Positions 21,135-31,219 of a stretch of 64,000 nucleotides of DNA are shown here, piece by piece. This DNA is from an uncultured delta proteobacterium (lineage in GTDB: Bacteria; Desulfobacterota; Desulfobacteria; Desulfobacterales; UBA2156), in assembly GCA_963736855.1 (NCBI GenBank), contig CAVTQK010000023.1:64001-128000 (forward strand). Direction: 5' to 3'. Position 1 is the first letter of the stretch. Each line of letters starts with the position of its first letter. Position numbers and translations under genes: made by a program. Under the pieces are notes generated by a model, which was not told the origin of the DNA, searched no databases, and saw only the letters and a list, made by a program, of their open reading frames with translations.

Positions 21135-22745
21135 ATGAATCCCTGGACCTTGGGTAAAACCCCTGTCAGCGAAGACAAACCCACAGGCGTAAACATCCGC
21201 TATGAACCGGAATTTGAGGCATTGCAGGCGGAGATGGATAAATTGTCCATCCCGTCTGTTTCCGGAGAAATGGATTGGAACAAGATCGGAGACATGGCGG
21301 CAGCGATTCTAGACGAAAAATCGAAAGATCTCCTGGTTGCCGGTTACCTTGCCTTAGCCCGGCTCCGCACTGCTGGGATCGAAGGGCTTGCCCAGGGGGT
21401 GCGAATCTTTCGGGATTTGTTCGAAACGTTCTGGAACGATCTCTACCCCACAAAAGAACGGATGCGGGCGCGTTTAGGAGCGATGGAATGGTGGCTGAAT
21501 AAAACCAAGGTATATCTTGAGATATCATCACCAAAGTCGATACCCAACGACACTCGAGAGTCTCTTTTGCAAGACTTGAACGCCCTTGACAAATGCTTTT
21601 CGGATTGTTTTACCGAACCTCCTTCGCTCAAGCCTATCCGGCAGGCGGTTGAAGCGCTGACCGCCTCGAATGCTCCATTGTCAACCCATAAACAGGCTTC
21701 TTTGGAGTCTGAAGGATCGGTTTCTGATGCTCCTTCCCGGATTCGGCCTTCCCCATCCGTTTCTTCTCCAACCTCTCAATCGCCACCTTCACAACACCAA
21801 ACGGTACGGGAGGTGCCGACAGATGAAAAGGACGTAAAGCAACTCATCAAAAACGGTATGGATTCCATCCGCCGGGCCGCCGCCTTACTGAAGGATCAAT
21901 CACCCGCTGCCGCGGTTTCCTATCGTTTAAACCGGTTTGCTGCCTGGTGTGAAATTGATTCTCTTCCGCCGGCCACCGATGGAAAAACGTTGATCCCCCC
22001 GCCTGACCCCCAAGTCTCCGCAATGCTTCAAACCCTTAGATCCAACGGGAACTGGCCGGCATTGCTCAGCACATCCGAAGAACTGATACCCCAATATGTT
22101 TTCTGGCTTACTTTGAATCGTTATTCGATGGAAGCCCTTAACGGAATGGGGTCGCCCTATCGCGCCGCCGAGGAAGCTGTAAGTCAGGAAACGGCAGCCT
22201 TTTATCAACGCTTCAAAGGCGTTGGAAAACTCAAATTCAGCGACGGCTCCCCCTTGGCTGACGATGAAACCATCCAATGGCTGCAATCGATATCGTCGGT
22301 ACATCCGGGCGCCGACTTCAACAGCGCTATACTTCTAAATGCCGACGACGACTCGAATCAAAAAGCCATGGCCGAAGTCATTCAACAAGCACAGGACCTG
22401 ACCCGTGATAACAAGCTCATTGATGCCCTGGCCCTCATTCAACGTGAAATGAACCTTTGCCAAGCCGGCAAGGAACGATTGTTATGGCGCCTGGCTCTAT
22501 CTCACTTACTGGTTTCTTCCAAACATGCGGATTTAGCGATCCCCCACTTCGACCAGATATTATCGGATATCGATACATTTCATCTGGAAAAATGGGACCC
22601 GGAATTGGCATTGAAAGGATTCAAAGCCGCATGGTCCGGTTTGACGAGGCTGTCCGATAAAACCTTAAAATCAAAGGCGGCCGATATCCTTTCCCGTATC
22701 GCCAGGCTCGATTCGACTGAAGCGCTCCGGATGCAGAGCCGCTGA
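21135..22745 (+). CDS. tssA: T6SS protein TssA (ImpA N-domain + VasJ-like C-domain)
   Basis: GVNIRYEPEFEAL, SKDLLVAGYL, FWNDLYP, LKFSDGSPLAD, LEKWDP. Confidence 0.92.
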   Translation: MNPWTLGKTPVSEDKPTGVNIRYEPEFEALQAEMDKLSIPSVSGEMDWNKIGDMAAAILDEKSKDLLVAGYLALARLRTAGIEGLAQGVRIFRDLFETFWNDLYPTKERMRARLGAMEWWLNKTKVYLEISSPKSIPNDTRESLLQDLNALDKCFSDCFTEPPSLKPIRQAVEALTASNAPLSTHKQASLESEGSVSDAPSRIRPSPSVSSPTSQSPPSQHQTVREVPTDEKDVKQLIKNGMDSIRRAAALLKDQSPAAAVSYRLNRFAAWCEIDSLPPATDGKTLIPPPDPQVSAMLQTLRSNGNWPALLSTSEELIPQYVFWLTLNRYSMEALNGMGSPYRAAEEAVSQETAAFYQRFKGVGKLKFSDGSPLADDETIQWLQSISSVHPGADFNSAILLNADDDSNQKAMAEVIQQAQDLTRDNKLIDALALIQREMNLCQAGKERLLWRLALSHLLVSSKHADLAIPHFDQILSDIDTFHLEKWDPELALKGFKAAWSGLTRLSDKTLKSKAADILSRIARLDSTEALRMQSR

Positions 22746-22825
22746 TTGATAGAAAAAGATTCACATTTCATCGATTGTATGTTAAGAGTTTTCAGAGAAA
22801 CCAACCATCAATAAAGGGGGAAATC

Positions 22826-23311
22826 ATGGCAAAAGAAGCATCTGTCGCGCCCAGGGAAAGGGTGAATATTGTCTACCGGCCGGCCACGGGAGACGCTCAG
22901 GAAGAAGTGGAACTCCCTCTTAAGCTTCTCATCATGGGGGACTTTATCCAAAGACCGGATGATCGGGTCCTGGAAGACCGGGAAACCGTCAGTGTGGATA
23001 AAGACAACTTCAATGAAGTGCTGAAAGCTCAGAACCTGAATCTTTCCGTCACCGTTCCCAACAAATTGTCCGAAAGCCCCGATGAGGAGATGAACGTCAA
23101 TCTGAACTTTGAATCCATCGCGGATTTCGCACCCGAAGCCATCGCCAAAAAGACTCCTGAATTGAACAAGCTGCTGGAGCTGCGCCAGGCACTTACCGCC
23201 CTTAAGGGGCCGTTGAGTAACTTACCAGAATTCCGAAAAAAAATTCAGAATCTCATCAAGGACGAGTCGGCCCGGGAACAACTGCTTAAAGAACTCGGAG
23301 TAGAAGAGTAA
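22826..23311 (+). CDS. tssB: T6SS sheath small subunit TssB/VipA
   Basis: APRERVNIVY, VELPLKLLIMGDF, FAPEAIA, ALKGPL. The ATG follows an AAGGGGG RBS. Confidence 0.96.
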   Translation: MAKEASVAPRERVNIVYRPATGDAQEEVELPLKLLIMGDFIQRPDDRVLEDRETVSVDKDNFNEVLKAQNLNLSVTVPNKLSESPDEEMNVNLNFESIADFAPEAIAKKTPELNKLLELRQALTALKGPLSNLPEFRKKIQNLIKDESAREQLLKELGVEE

Positions 23312-23326
23312 GAAAGGGAGGGTCGT

Positions 23327-24811
23327 ATGCCCGAGATCCAGGAACAAAAAATGGCTGTAAAACAGGAGACCGAGGAAAAACCATCCTTACTGGACGAAAT
23401 CACGCAGGCCACCAAACTCCGGCCGGCGGATGAAGCTTACGGAATGGCCAAAAAGGGAATCGAAGCCTTAATCTCGGCCCTTATCGAGCCCGGACGAGAG
23501 GTCGGTAAAATCACCAAGGCCACTGTTGATGAGATGATCGCCGAGCTGGATAACAAGCTCAGCCTTCAGATTAATGCCATTTTGCACCATCCTCAATTCC
23601 AAAAGCTGGAATCCGCATGGCGATCCTTGAAATACCTGGTGGATCACACCGACTTCCGTGAAAATATCAAGCTGGAAATCCTCAATGTCAGCAAGGAAGA
23701 CCTCCTGGATGACTTTGAAGATTCGCCGGAAATCGTCAAATCCGGCCTCTATAAAACGGTTTATACGGCTGAGTATGGTCAATTCGGTGGTCAGCCTTAT
23801 GCAGCCATGATCGGCAATTACAATTTTGGACCCGGACCTCAGGACATCAAGCTGCTGCAAAACGTAGCCGGCGTCGCCGCCATGGCCCACGCACCCTTTA
23901 TCGCCGCTGCCGGGCCTGAGTTCTTCGGTTTGGACGATTTCAGCGGACTGCCCAACCTCAAGGACTTGAAAGCTATCTTCGAAAGCCCCAAATACATCAA
24001 ATGGCAGTCCTTCCGGGAATCCGAAGATGCCCGTTATGTGGGTTTGACCCTACCTCGATTTCTCCTTCGATTACCCTACGGCACCAAGACCGTTCCGGTA
24101 AAGGCTTTCAATTTCGAAGAAAATGTGTCTGCCAGCCATGAACAGTACTTGTGGGGAAACACGGCATTTTCTTTTGCCACCCGATTTACCGACAGCTTTG
24201 CCAAATACCGGTGGTGTGCGAATATCATCGGCCCCCAAGCGGGAGGTGCGGTGGAAGATTTGCCGCTTCACCAGTTTGAAGCCATGGGAGCGATCGAAAC
24301 GAAGATCCCCACCGAAGTCCTGGTTTCGGAAAGAAGGGAATTCGAACTGGCGGAAGAGGGATTCATCGGCCTCACCATGCGTAAAGGAAGCGACAACGCC
24401 GCCTTTTTCTCGGCCAACTCCGTCCAGAAACCCAAATTTTTCGGGATCAGCAAAGAGGGGAAGGAAGCCGAGCTGAATTACAAGCTGGGTTTGCAATTGC
24501 CTTATATGTTCGTCATCAACCGGCTGGCCCATTATCTGAAGGTCATCCAGCGAGAAAATATCGGCACCTGGAAGGAGCGGGTTGATCTGGAAAACGAACT
24601 CAACAAATGGATCGGGCAATACGTGACCGAAATGGACAATCCGCCTCCGGGAACTCGAAGCCGCCGTCCCCTGCGCATGGCTAAAGTGACTGTGGAGGAA
24701 GTGGAGGGTGAACCCGGCTGGTACAGAGTCGGCCTCAAGGTACGACCTCACTTTAAATACATGGGGGCTTTCTTTACCCTTTCTTTGGTGGGCAAGCTCG
24801 ATAAATCCTAA
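23327..24811 (+). CDS. tssC: T6SS sheath large subunit TssC/VipB
   Basis: FQKLESAWRSL, EYGQFGGQP, LPRFLLRLPYG, RLAHYLKVIQRE, VRPHFKY. Confidence 0.97.
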   Translation: MPEIQEQKMAVKQETEEKPSLLDEITQATKLRPADEAYGMAKKGIEALISALIEPGREVGKITKATVDEMIAELDNKLSLQINAILHHPQFQKLESAWRSLKYLVDHTDFRENIKLEILNVSKEDLLDDFEDSPEIVKSGLYKTVYTAEYGQFGGQPYAAMIGNYNFGPGPQDIKLLQNVAGVAAMAHAPFIAAAGPEFFGLDDFSGLPNLKDLKAIFESPKYIKWQSFRESEDARYVGLTLPRFLLRLPYGTKTVPVKAFNFEENVSASHEQYLWGNTAFSFATRFTDSFAKYRWCANIIGPQAGGAVEDLPLHQFEAMGAIETKIPTEVLVSERREFELAEEGFIGLTMRKGSDNAAFFSANSVQKPKFFGISKEGKEAELNYKLGLQLPYMFVINRLAHYLKVIQRENIGTWKERVDLENELNKWIGQYVTEMDNPPPGTRSRRPLRMAKVTVEEVEGEPGWYRVGLKVRPHFKYMGAFFTLSLVGKLDKS

Positions 24812-24834
24812 ACCGATCATTCAAGGAGGTCACG

Positions 24835-25323
24835 ATGGCGTTAAATGCGTATTTGAAGCTCAAAGGTAAAAAAACGGGTGATATCAAAGGGTCGGTCACC
24901 CAAAAGGGCCGTGAAGATTCCATTATGGTAATCGGGGTAAATCATGAGGTCATTTCTCCACGAGATGCCGCCTCCGGGTTGCCGACGGGAAAGAGACAAC
25001 ATAAACCGATCACCATTACCAAAGAAGTGGATGCTTCCTCTCCGCACCTATATAATCTCCTGGTCAACAACGAAAATATCACCGAATGGGTGCTGCAGTT
25101 CTGGACACCATCACCCACCGGTCAGGAAAAACAATATTATACGATCAAACTCACCAACGCCACCATTTCAGGAATTCAGATGGAAATGCTGAACAACAAA
25201 TATCCCGAAAATATGCAGCACAAAGAGCGGGAGCGTGTTGAATTCTGCTATCAAAAGATCGCCTGGACATGGGTGGAAGGAGGCATCGAGGCAGAGGATG
25301 ACTGGGAATCTCCGGTTGCCTAA
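24835..25323 (+). CDS. hcp: T6SS tube protein Hcp/TssD
   Basis: PRDAASGLPTGKRQHKPITITKEVDASSP, YQKIAWTW. Confidence 0.96.
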   Translation: MALNAYLKLKGKKTGDIKGSVTQKGREDSIMVIGVNHEVISPRDAASGLPTGKRQHKPITITKEVDASSPHLYNLLVNNENITEWVLQFWTPSPTGQEKQYYTIKLTNATISGIQMEMLNNKYPENMQHKERERVEFCYQKIAWTWVEGGIEAEDDWESPVA

Positions 25324-25336
25324 CGGTTAATTGCAA

Positions 25337-25750
25337 ATGAGAGAAGCGCGGCTTCTTGAACGCATCCGACACTGGGAAAAAGAACCGCACCGCCGCTCAC
25401 GGGAGGATCCGGGCAGAGTCATCGACTCCGTTATGAACTATCTGCAGCGGATCCTCAACACGCGCCGGGGGAACGCCCCGATCGCCGAAGATTTTGGTAT
25501 TCCCGATTTCACCGAATTTTTAAGCTCCTATCCTGACTCGTTACGGGAATTCGAACGGACGATCCGGGAAACGATTTTAAAATTTGAACCTCGTTTAAAG
25601 GCGGTCCGAGTATCTTTTATCCCTCAGGAAGAGGATCCGTTCGCCATCCATTTCCAAATTGCAGCCCGTTTGACCGCCGAGCATGGAAACCAGCCGGTAC
25701 AATTCGTCAGCCTGATGGATCATGAAGGCCGGATTCGGATCAACCGGTAA
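25337..25750 (+). CDS. tssE: T6SS baseplate subunit TssE (gp25-like)
   Basis: LQRILNTRRG, DFGIPD, ILKFEPRL. Confidence 0.93.
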   Translation: MREARLLERIRHWEKEPHRRSREDPGRVIDSVMNYLQRILNTRRGNAPIAEDFGIPDFTEFLSSYPDSLREFERTIRETILKFEPRLKAVRVSFIPQEEDPFAIHFQIAARLTAEHGNQPVQFVSLMDHEGRIRINR

Positions 25751-25783
25751 TCTATTCATTGTGCAAGGCTCGTTAGGAGATTC

Positions 25784-27517
25784 ATGTTCAACCGCTATTT
25801 TCAACAGGAACTCGCCAATCTGAAAGATCTGGGCGCGGAGTTTGCCAAGGCCCATCCCGCCGTGGCGCCCATGCTCAGCGGCCCTTCCTCCGATCCGGAT
25901 GTCGAACGACTGTTGGAAGGTGTGGCATTTTTAACCGCTCAGATTCGCGAAAAGCTGGATGATGAATTTCCTGAAATCATTCATGAGCTGGCCCAGCTCA
26001 TCTTGCCCCACTACTTAAGACCGATCCCTTCCTGTTCCATTGTCGCCTTCAATCCCAAACCAGCCCTGAAGCAGCCAATGACCATACCTGCCGGTATTCA
26101 GGTGGCTTCAGTACCCGTAGAAGGTACCGTCTGCCAGTTTAAAACCTGCTACGACGTCGAGATCCACCCCTTGCAACTGAAAGATGCGGCCTATGTGGAA
26201 ACGCCGGGAAAACCACCCGTCATCCGGATCGGCCTGGAGCTAAAAGGCGTAGAACTCCATAACTGGCGGCCGGGCACTCTCCGCTTCCATCTTGCCGGCA
26301 ATTACAGCGAGGCCGCTGATAACTATTTTATTTTCCGGCAACAAATCCGGCGGATCATGGTTCGAACACCGGAGACGGAAAAATTATTTATCCTCGGACC
26401 TGACCACGTGAAACCCGTCGGATTTTCATCTACCCAGAGTGTGATCCCCTATCCTTCCCATTCGTTTCCGGCTTACCGGCTTTTGCAGGAATATTTTAAT
26501 TTTCCGCAGAAATTTCTGTTTTTCGACCTGACAGGCATGGACCGATGGGGCGATCGGGGCGGCGGCAACCGTTTTGAGCTTCATTTTGAACTCGATGCGA
26601 ATCCAGAAAAACCGCCTCGCATTCGAACCGAGGATTTTGTCCTTTTTGCGACACCGATCATCAACCTCTTCCCCTTCGACGCGGATCCGATTCGAATAGA
26701 CCATCGTCAAAGTGAATGCCGGGTTCGCCCGGCCGCCTCCAATTCAACCCATTACCAGGTTTACTCCATCGAGAATGTGGTAGGCCATATCCAGGGAACC
26801 GCCAAAGCAAGAGAATATAAGCCCTTCGATTATTTCAAGTTGGATGTCGAATCCCATCCTGTCTATCAATTGTCGTTGAAAAAATCTCCTGTCCGCCCCG
26901 GTGCCGAAATCTATCTTCAAGTCGCCTATCCACCCGATGCCGGACCGCCCATGATCGAAACACTTTCGCTCAAATTGATTTGCACCAACGGCATCCTGCC
27001 CGAAAACATCCATGTGGGAGATATTTCACAATCCACCAGCAGCTCTCCTGAATATGCGAATTTCACCAACATAACACCTCCAACCTTGTCTGCATATCCA
27101 CCCCTGGGGACCAACCTGCTTTGGAGACTTCTGTCCCATTTGAATTTGAATCATGTATCGTTGACCAGCGCAACCAACTTCAAAGCGCTTTTAGGATTGT
27201 ACCTGTTTCCCGAAACCCGCGACCAGACCGGCCGACTGGCCAATCAGAAACGGATCAACGGTATTGAAGAGATCACCTCCAAAGCCGCCGACCGATTGGT
27301 ATCCGGCTTGTTGATGCGCGGCCGGGAAATTACGGCAAACACCCGTCACGATCACTTTTCCGGAGAGGGTGATCTATACTTATTCGGATGCGTGTTGGAC
27401 GAATTTTTCGGACTCTATTCATCCATCAATGCCTTTACCCGTTTTTCATTGAAAGACATCTTAAAAGGAAAAGTGTATCAATGGTCGGCTCGGATAGGCG
27501 ATCGCCCGATGATCTGA
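25784..27517 (+). CDS. tssF: T6SS baseplate subunit TssF
   Basis: YFQQEL, DPDVERLLEGVAFL, PHYLRPIPS, YRLLQEYF, SINAFT. Confidence 0.96.
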   Translation: MFNRYFQQELANLKDLGAEFAKAHPAVAPMLSGPSSDPDVERLLEGVAFLTAQIREKLDDEFPEIIHELAQLILPHYLRPIPSCSIVAFNPKPALKQPMTIPAGIQVASVPVEGTVCQFKTCYDVEIHPLQLKDAAYVETPGKPPVIRIGLELKGVELHNWRPGTLRFHLAGNYSEAADNYFIFRQQIRRIMVRTPETEKLFILGPDHVKPVGFSSTQSVIPYPSHSFPAYRLLQEYFNFPQKFLFFDLTGMDRWGDRGGGNRFELHFELDANPEKPPRIRTEDFVLFATPIINLFPFDADPIRIDHRQSECRVRPAASNSTHYQVYSIENVVGHIQGTAKAREYKPFDYFKLDVESHPVYQLSLKKSPVRPGAEIYLQVAYPPDAGPPMIETLSLKLICTNGILPENIHVGDISQSTSSSPEYANFTNITPPTLSAYPPLGTNLLWRLLSHLNLNHVSLTSATNFKALLGLYLFPETRDQTGRLANQKRINGIEEITSKAADRLVSGLLMRGREITANTRHDHFSGEGDLYLFGCVLDEFFGLYSSINAFTRFSLKDILKGKVYQWSARIGDRPMI

Positions 27518-28539
27518 AATTAACTCTGATCAAGGAAGGGCGTGCATTTTCTTTCTACCAGGTGATGCGGCTGCTGCGCCTTTTTGACAAAAACACCCGG
27601 ACGGGCGATGCCACATATCTGACATCAGCCAACATTCGAATATTTCCGAATTTATCCCTGACATTCCCTGCTTCGGATGTCGAGAAGATACAAGCGATTG
27701 AAGGAGATAACGCGACCCGCTACCATGTCACGGCCAATTTTCTCGGCCTCTACGGTTCATCTTCTCCCTTACCCACCTTTTACACGGAAGACCTCATCGA
27801 TGAAGCATCCGATGATGAATCCGCCGGCCGTGAATTTATCAACATCCTGAACCATCGGCTCTACCTGTTATTGTTCGAGACCTGGGAAAAATATCGTCAA
27901 TTTATCCAGGTCACAGAGGAAAAAAATCCGCAATATATCGAACGCCTGTTTTGCCTGATCGGCCTGGGCGAAACGATCCATCGCAAAGAAATCCCGGATG
28001 CCCTCCGATTGCTTCGCTACATGGGGCTTTTTTCACAATTTCCACGATCGGCTGCAGGATTGAAGACAATCCTGGAAGACGCGCTGGGTCTCCCGGTTGA
28101 GGTCGTCCCCTGTGTCATGCGCAAGGCCAGAATCCCGGATGATCAGCTTCTAAGGCTGGGAAAATTCGGTGCCGTCCTTGGAAAAAGCAGCTTTGTGGGC
28201 CGGGAGATTCCAGACCGAACGGGTAAATTTCGTCTCCGGGTAGGTCCGTTGAGCGCTGTCGATTATCGCCGTTTTTTCCCAGGAAGCGATACGTACAATG
28301 AATTGGTGATGCTGACGAACCTGTACCTATTGGATCCATTGGAGTATGAACTGGAAGTCTACATGCAAAAAAAGCAGACTCAGACCGCCCGATTGGGTGG
28401 GGCTGAATGGTCTCGGTTGGGCATGGATACCTGGCTTTTTGCCGGCAAAGAGATCGGTGAGACCAAGAGTACTTTTTATCCGACCCGATATTCATCGGTT
28501 AATCAGAATGTGACCATCAATAATGGGATAACGAGTTGA
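27481..28539 (+). CDS. tssG: T6SS baseplate subunit TssG
   Basis: FSFYQVMRLL, LTFPASD, FLGLYGSSSPLPTFYTE, RSAAGL. The start at ATG 27481 overlaps the tssF end. Confidence 0.94.
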   Translation: MVGSDRRSPDDLKLTLIKEGRAFSFYQVMRLLRLFDKNTRTGDATYLTSANIRIFPNLSLTFPASDVEKIQAIEGDNATRYHVTANFLGLYGSSSPLPTFYTEDLIDEASDDESAGREFINILNHRLYLLLFETWEKYRQFIQVTEEKNPQYIERLFCLIGLGETIHRKEIPDALRLLRYMGLFSQFPRSAAGLKTILEDALGLPVEVVPCVMRKARIPDDQLLRLGKFGAVLGKSSFVGREIPDRTGKFRLRVGPLSAVDYRRFFPGSDTYNELVMLTNLYLLDPLEYELEVYMQKKQTQTARLGGAEWSRLGMDTWLFAGKEIGETKSTFYPTRYSSVNQNVTINNGITS

Positions 28540-28580
28540 GTGACTAGTCGTCTGACGAAAATCTTACATAGGAGAAATTC

Positions 28581-31217
28581 ATGATATCCGTCGATATCAA
28601 ATCGCTTCTTAAACGCCTGAACAAGTATTGTACACGCTGCCTGGAAGGGGCTGCCGGTTTATGCGTATCCCGAACGCATTATGAGGTAACAGTGGAACAC
28701 ATTCTATCCAAACTCCTTGAAGAACCCCAGTCGGATCTTCCGTTGATACTCCGCCATTTCGAGATCGATATCGGTCGGATGAGCAAGGCCCTCGATCAAA
28801 CCCTTGAAGAATTTCGCACCGGCAACGCGGCCAAACCGGTCTTCTCACCACTGCTGATCGAATGGTTTCAGGAATCCTGGTTGATTGCTTCGGTGGATCT
28901 GACCGAAAACAGGATCCGCTCCGGCGCTCTCCTGCTTGCCTTTTTAAGAAACCCGACGCGGTTTGCCACCGGTCGGTTTGCGGATCTCTTGGCCGGCATC
29001 AGTCGGGATGCCCTGCAATCGGCCTTTCAGAACATCGTCCAATCTTCGGTGGAACAACCTTCTCCCGAAGATCAGATTGCCGGGGAAAAACCCCTGCCCG
29101 GCGAAACTACCGCCCTCAAACAATTCTGCGTCAATTTTACTGAAAAAGCGGCTCGGGGTGAAATCGATCCGGTCTTCGGACGGGATCAGGAAATCCGCCA
29201 AATGGTCGATATTCTGGCCCGAAGGCGAAAAAACAACCCCATCGTCGTCGGTGAGGCAGGTGTCGGAAAAACGGCTGTGGTGGAAGGCCTGGCCCTTCGA
29301 ATTATGAAGGAGACGTCCCTCAGATGCTTCGGGATGTCGCCATCCTGGGCCTGGATATGGGGTTGCTCCAGGCCGGGGCCGGTATCAAGGGCGAGTTCGA
29401 AAATCGGCTCAAATCGGTCATCAACGAAATCAAGGCATCACCACAGCCGATCATTCTCTTTATCGACGAAGCGCATACGCTCATCGGTGCCGGCGGCCAA
29501 GCCGGCGGAAGCGATGCGGCCAATCTGCTCAAACCCGCCCTGGCCAGGGGCGAGCTGCGAACCGTCGCCGCCACCACCTGGTCGGAGTACAAGAAATATT
29601 TTGAAAAGGACGCGGCCCTGGCCCGCCGGTTTCAACTGATTAAACTCGATGAACCCTCCGAAAAGACCGCTGTTCTCATCCTGCGGGGTTTGAAAGAAAA
29701 GTATGAAGAAGCCCATGGAGTCGTCGTGAGGGATGATGCCATTCTGACGGCAGCCGAGCTGTCCAATCGATATATCTCCGGCCGGCAGCTCCCGGACAAA
29801 GCAGTGGATCTTCTGGATACCAGCGCCGCCAGGGTGAAGATCCTGCTTACAGCCAAACCGGACATTATCGAGGACAAGGAACGAACCGTCCAAGCTTTGG
29901 AAAGAGAGAGAAAAGCCATTGAACGGGATCGACTGCACGGCATTTCGGTTGAAGAAGAACGATTGAAAGCCATCGATACGGAATTGGAGGCTTTGAACCA
30001 TGTCTTGAGTGAATTGAAAGATCGATGGCTCAAGGAACAGGAACTGGGCCAAAACATCGTCGAATTACGGAAGGAATTATACACCCTCAAGACCCACGAA
30101 TCCGGTGAAACCACCGAACAAACCACAACTCTGAAATCCCGCATTGATGAAACCACCCAAAAACTGACTTCCCTCCAAAACAATGCGCCTCTTGTGCGCA
30201 TCGAAGTGGATCCGGATGTGGTCGCCAAAGTGGTATCCGACTGGACCGGAATCCCCCTGGGCCGGGTGATGCGGGACGAAGCTAGAAATGTGATCCACCT
30301 GGAAGAACGATTGAAAGAAAGGATTAAAGGTCAGGATAATGCACTGGCCATTATTGCCCAAGTCGTGAAGGCGGCCAAGGCAGGGTTAAAAGATCCGAAC
30401 CAGCCCCTGGGGATTTTTCTGTCTGGTGGGCCCGAGCGGAACCGGAAAGACCGAAACAGGCCTTGCCGTTGCCGAAATGCTATTCGGCGGAGAGCGCTTT
30501 ATAGCTTCCATCAACATGAGTGAATTTCAGGAGCGTCATACGGTCAGCCGCCTGATCGGATCACCTCCCGGCTATGTCGGCTACGGTGAAGGCGGCGTCC
30601 TCACCGAAGCAATCCGCCAGCGCCCCTACTCGGTGATATTGCTGGATGAGGTGGAAAAAGCCCATCTGGAAGTGCTGAATATCTTCTACCAGGTATTCGA
30701 TAAGGGCGTACTCTCCGACGGAGAGGGCCGGATCATCGACTTTAAAAATTCGGTTATCTTTTTAACCAGCAATCTGGGAACGGATGTCATTACCGAAATG
30801 ACGAGCAGCGGCAGCATGATTCCCTACGAGACCATCCTGAATGCCGTCAGACCGATTTTAAGCAACCACTTCAAGCCGGCGTTGCTGGCCCGCATGACGG
30901 TGGTCCCTTTCCTGACCTTGCCGAATCATGTCCTCAAGGATATCGTGGCCCTGAAACTCAACAAGCTGGCTGCCCGCATGGCCGATACCCATAAAATCAA
31001 ACTGACTTACACCGAATCGGTCAAGGATCAGATCGCAGCGCGTTGTACGGAAGTAGAAACCGGCGCCCGCAATATCGATCACATCATGAGCGGCACGATC
31101 CTGCCCCAGATGTCCAGGGAGATTCTGACCCGCATGAGCGAGGCCGCCATGCCATCGGAAGTTAACCTGGATTTAAACGAAGACGGATCGTTTAAAATTC
31201 TTTTTGAAGGAGCATAG
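28581..31217 (+). CDS. clpV: T6SS ATPase TssH/ClpV, split by two compensating single-base indels (about 29302 and 30422)
   Basis: Three ORF pieces join into about 878 aa: GEAGVGKT...LRI[Y]EGDVPQ, FIDEAHT, then [33 protein letters not shown]. Confidence 0.93.
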
Positions 31218-31219
31218 CC

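Noticed and set aside
24071..24820. 249 aa minus-strand ORF
   Set aside because: Antisense to tssC.
28581..31217. Three separate ClpV-like genes, or programmed frameshifting
   Set aside because: The pieces join into one ClpV and no slippery heptamer is present at the junctions.
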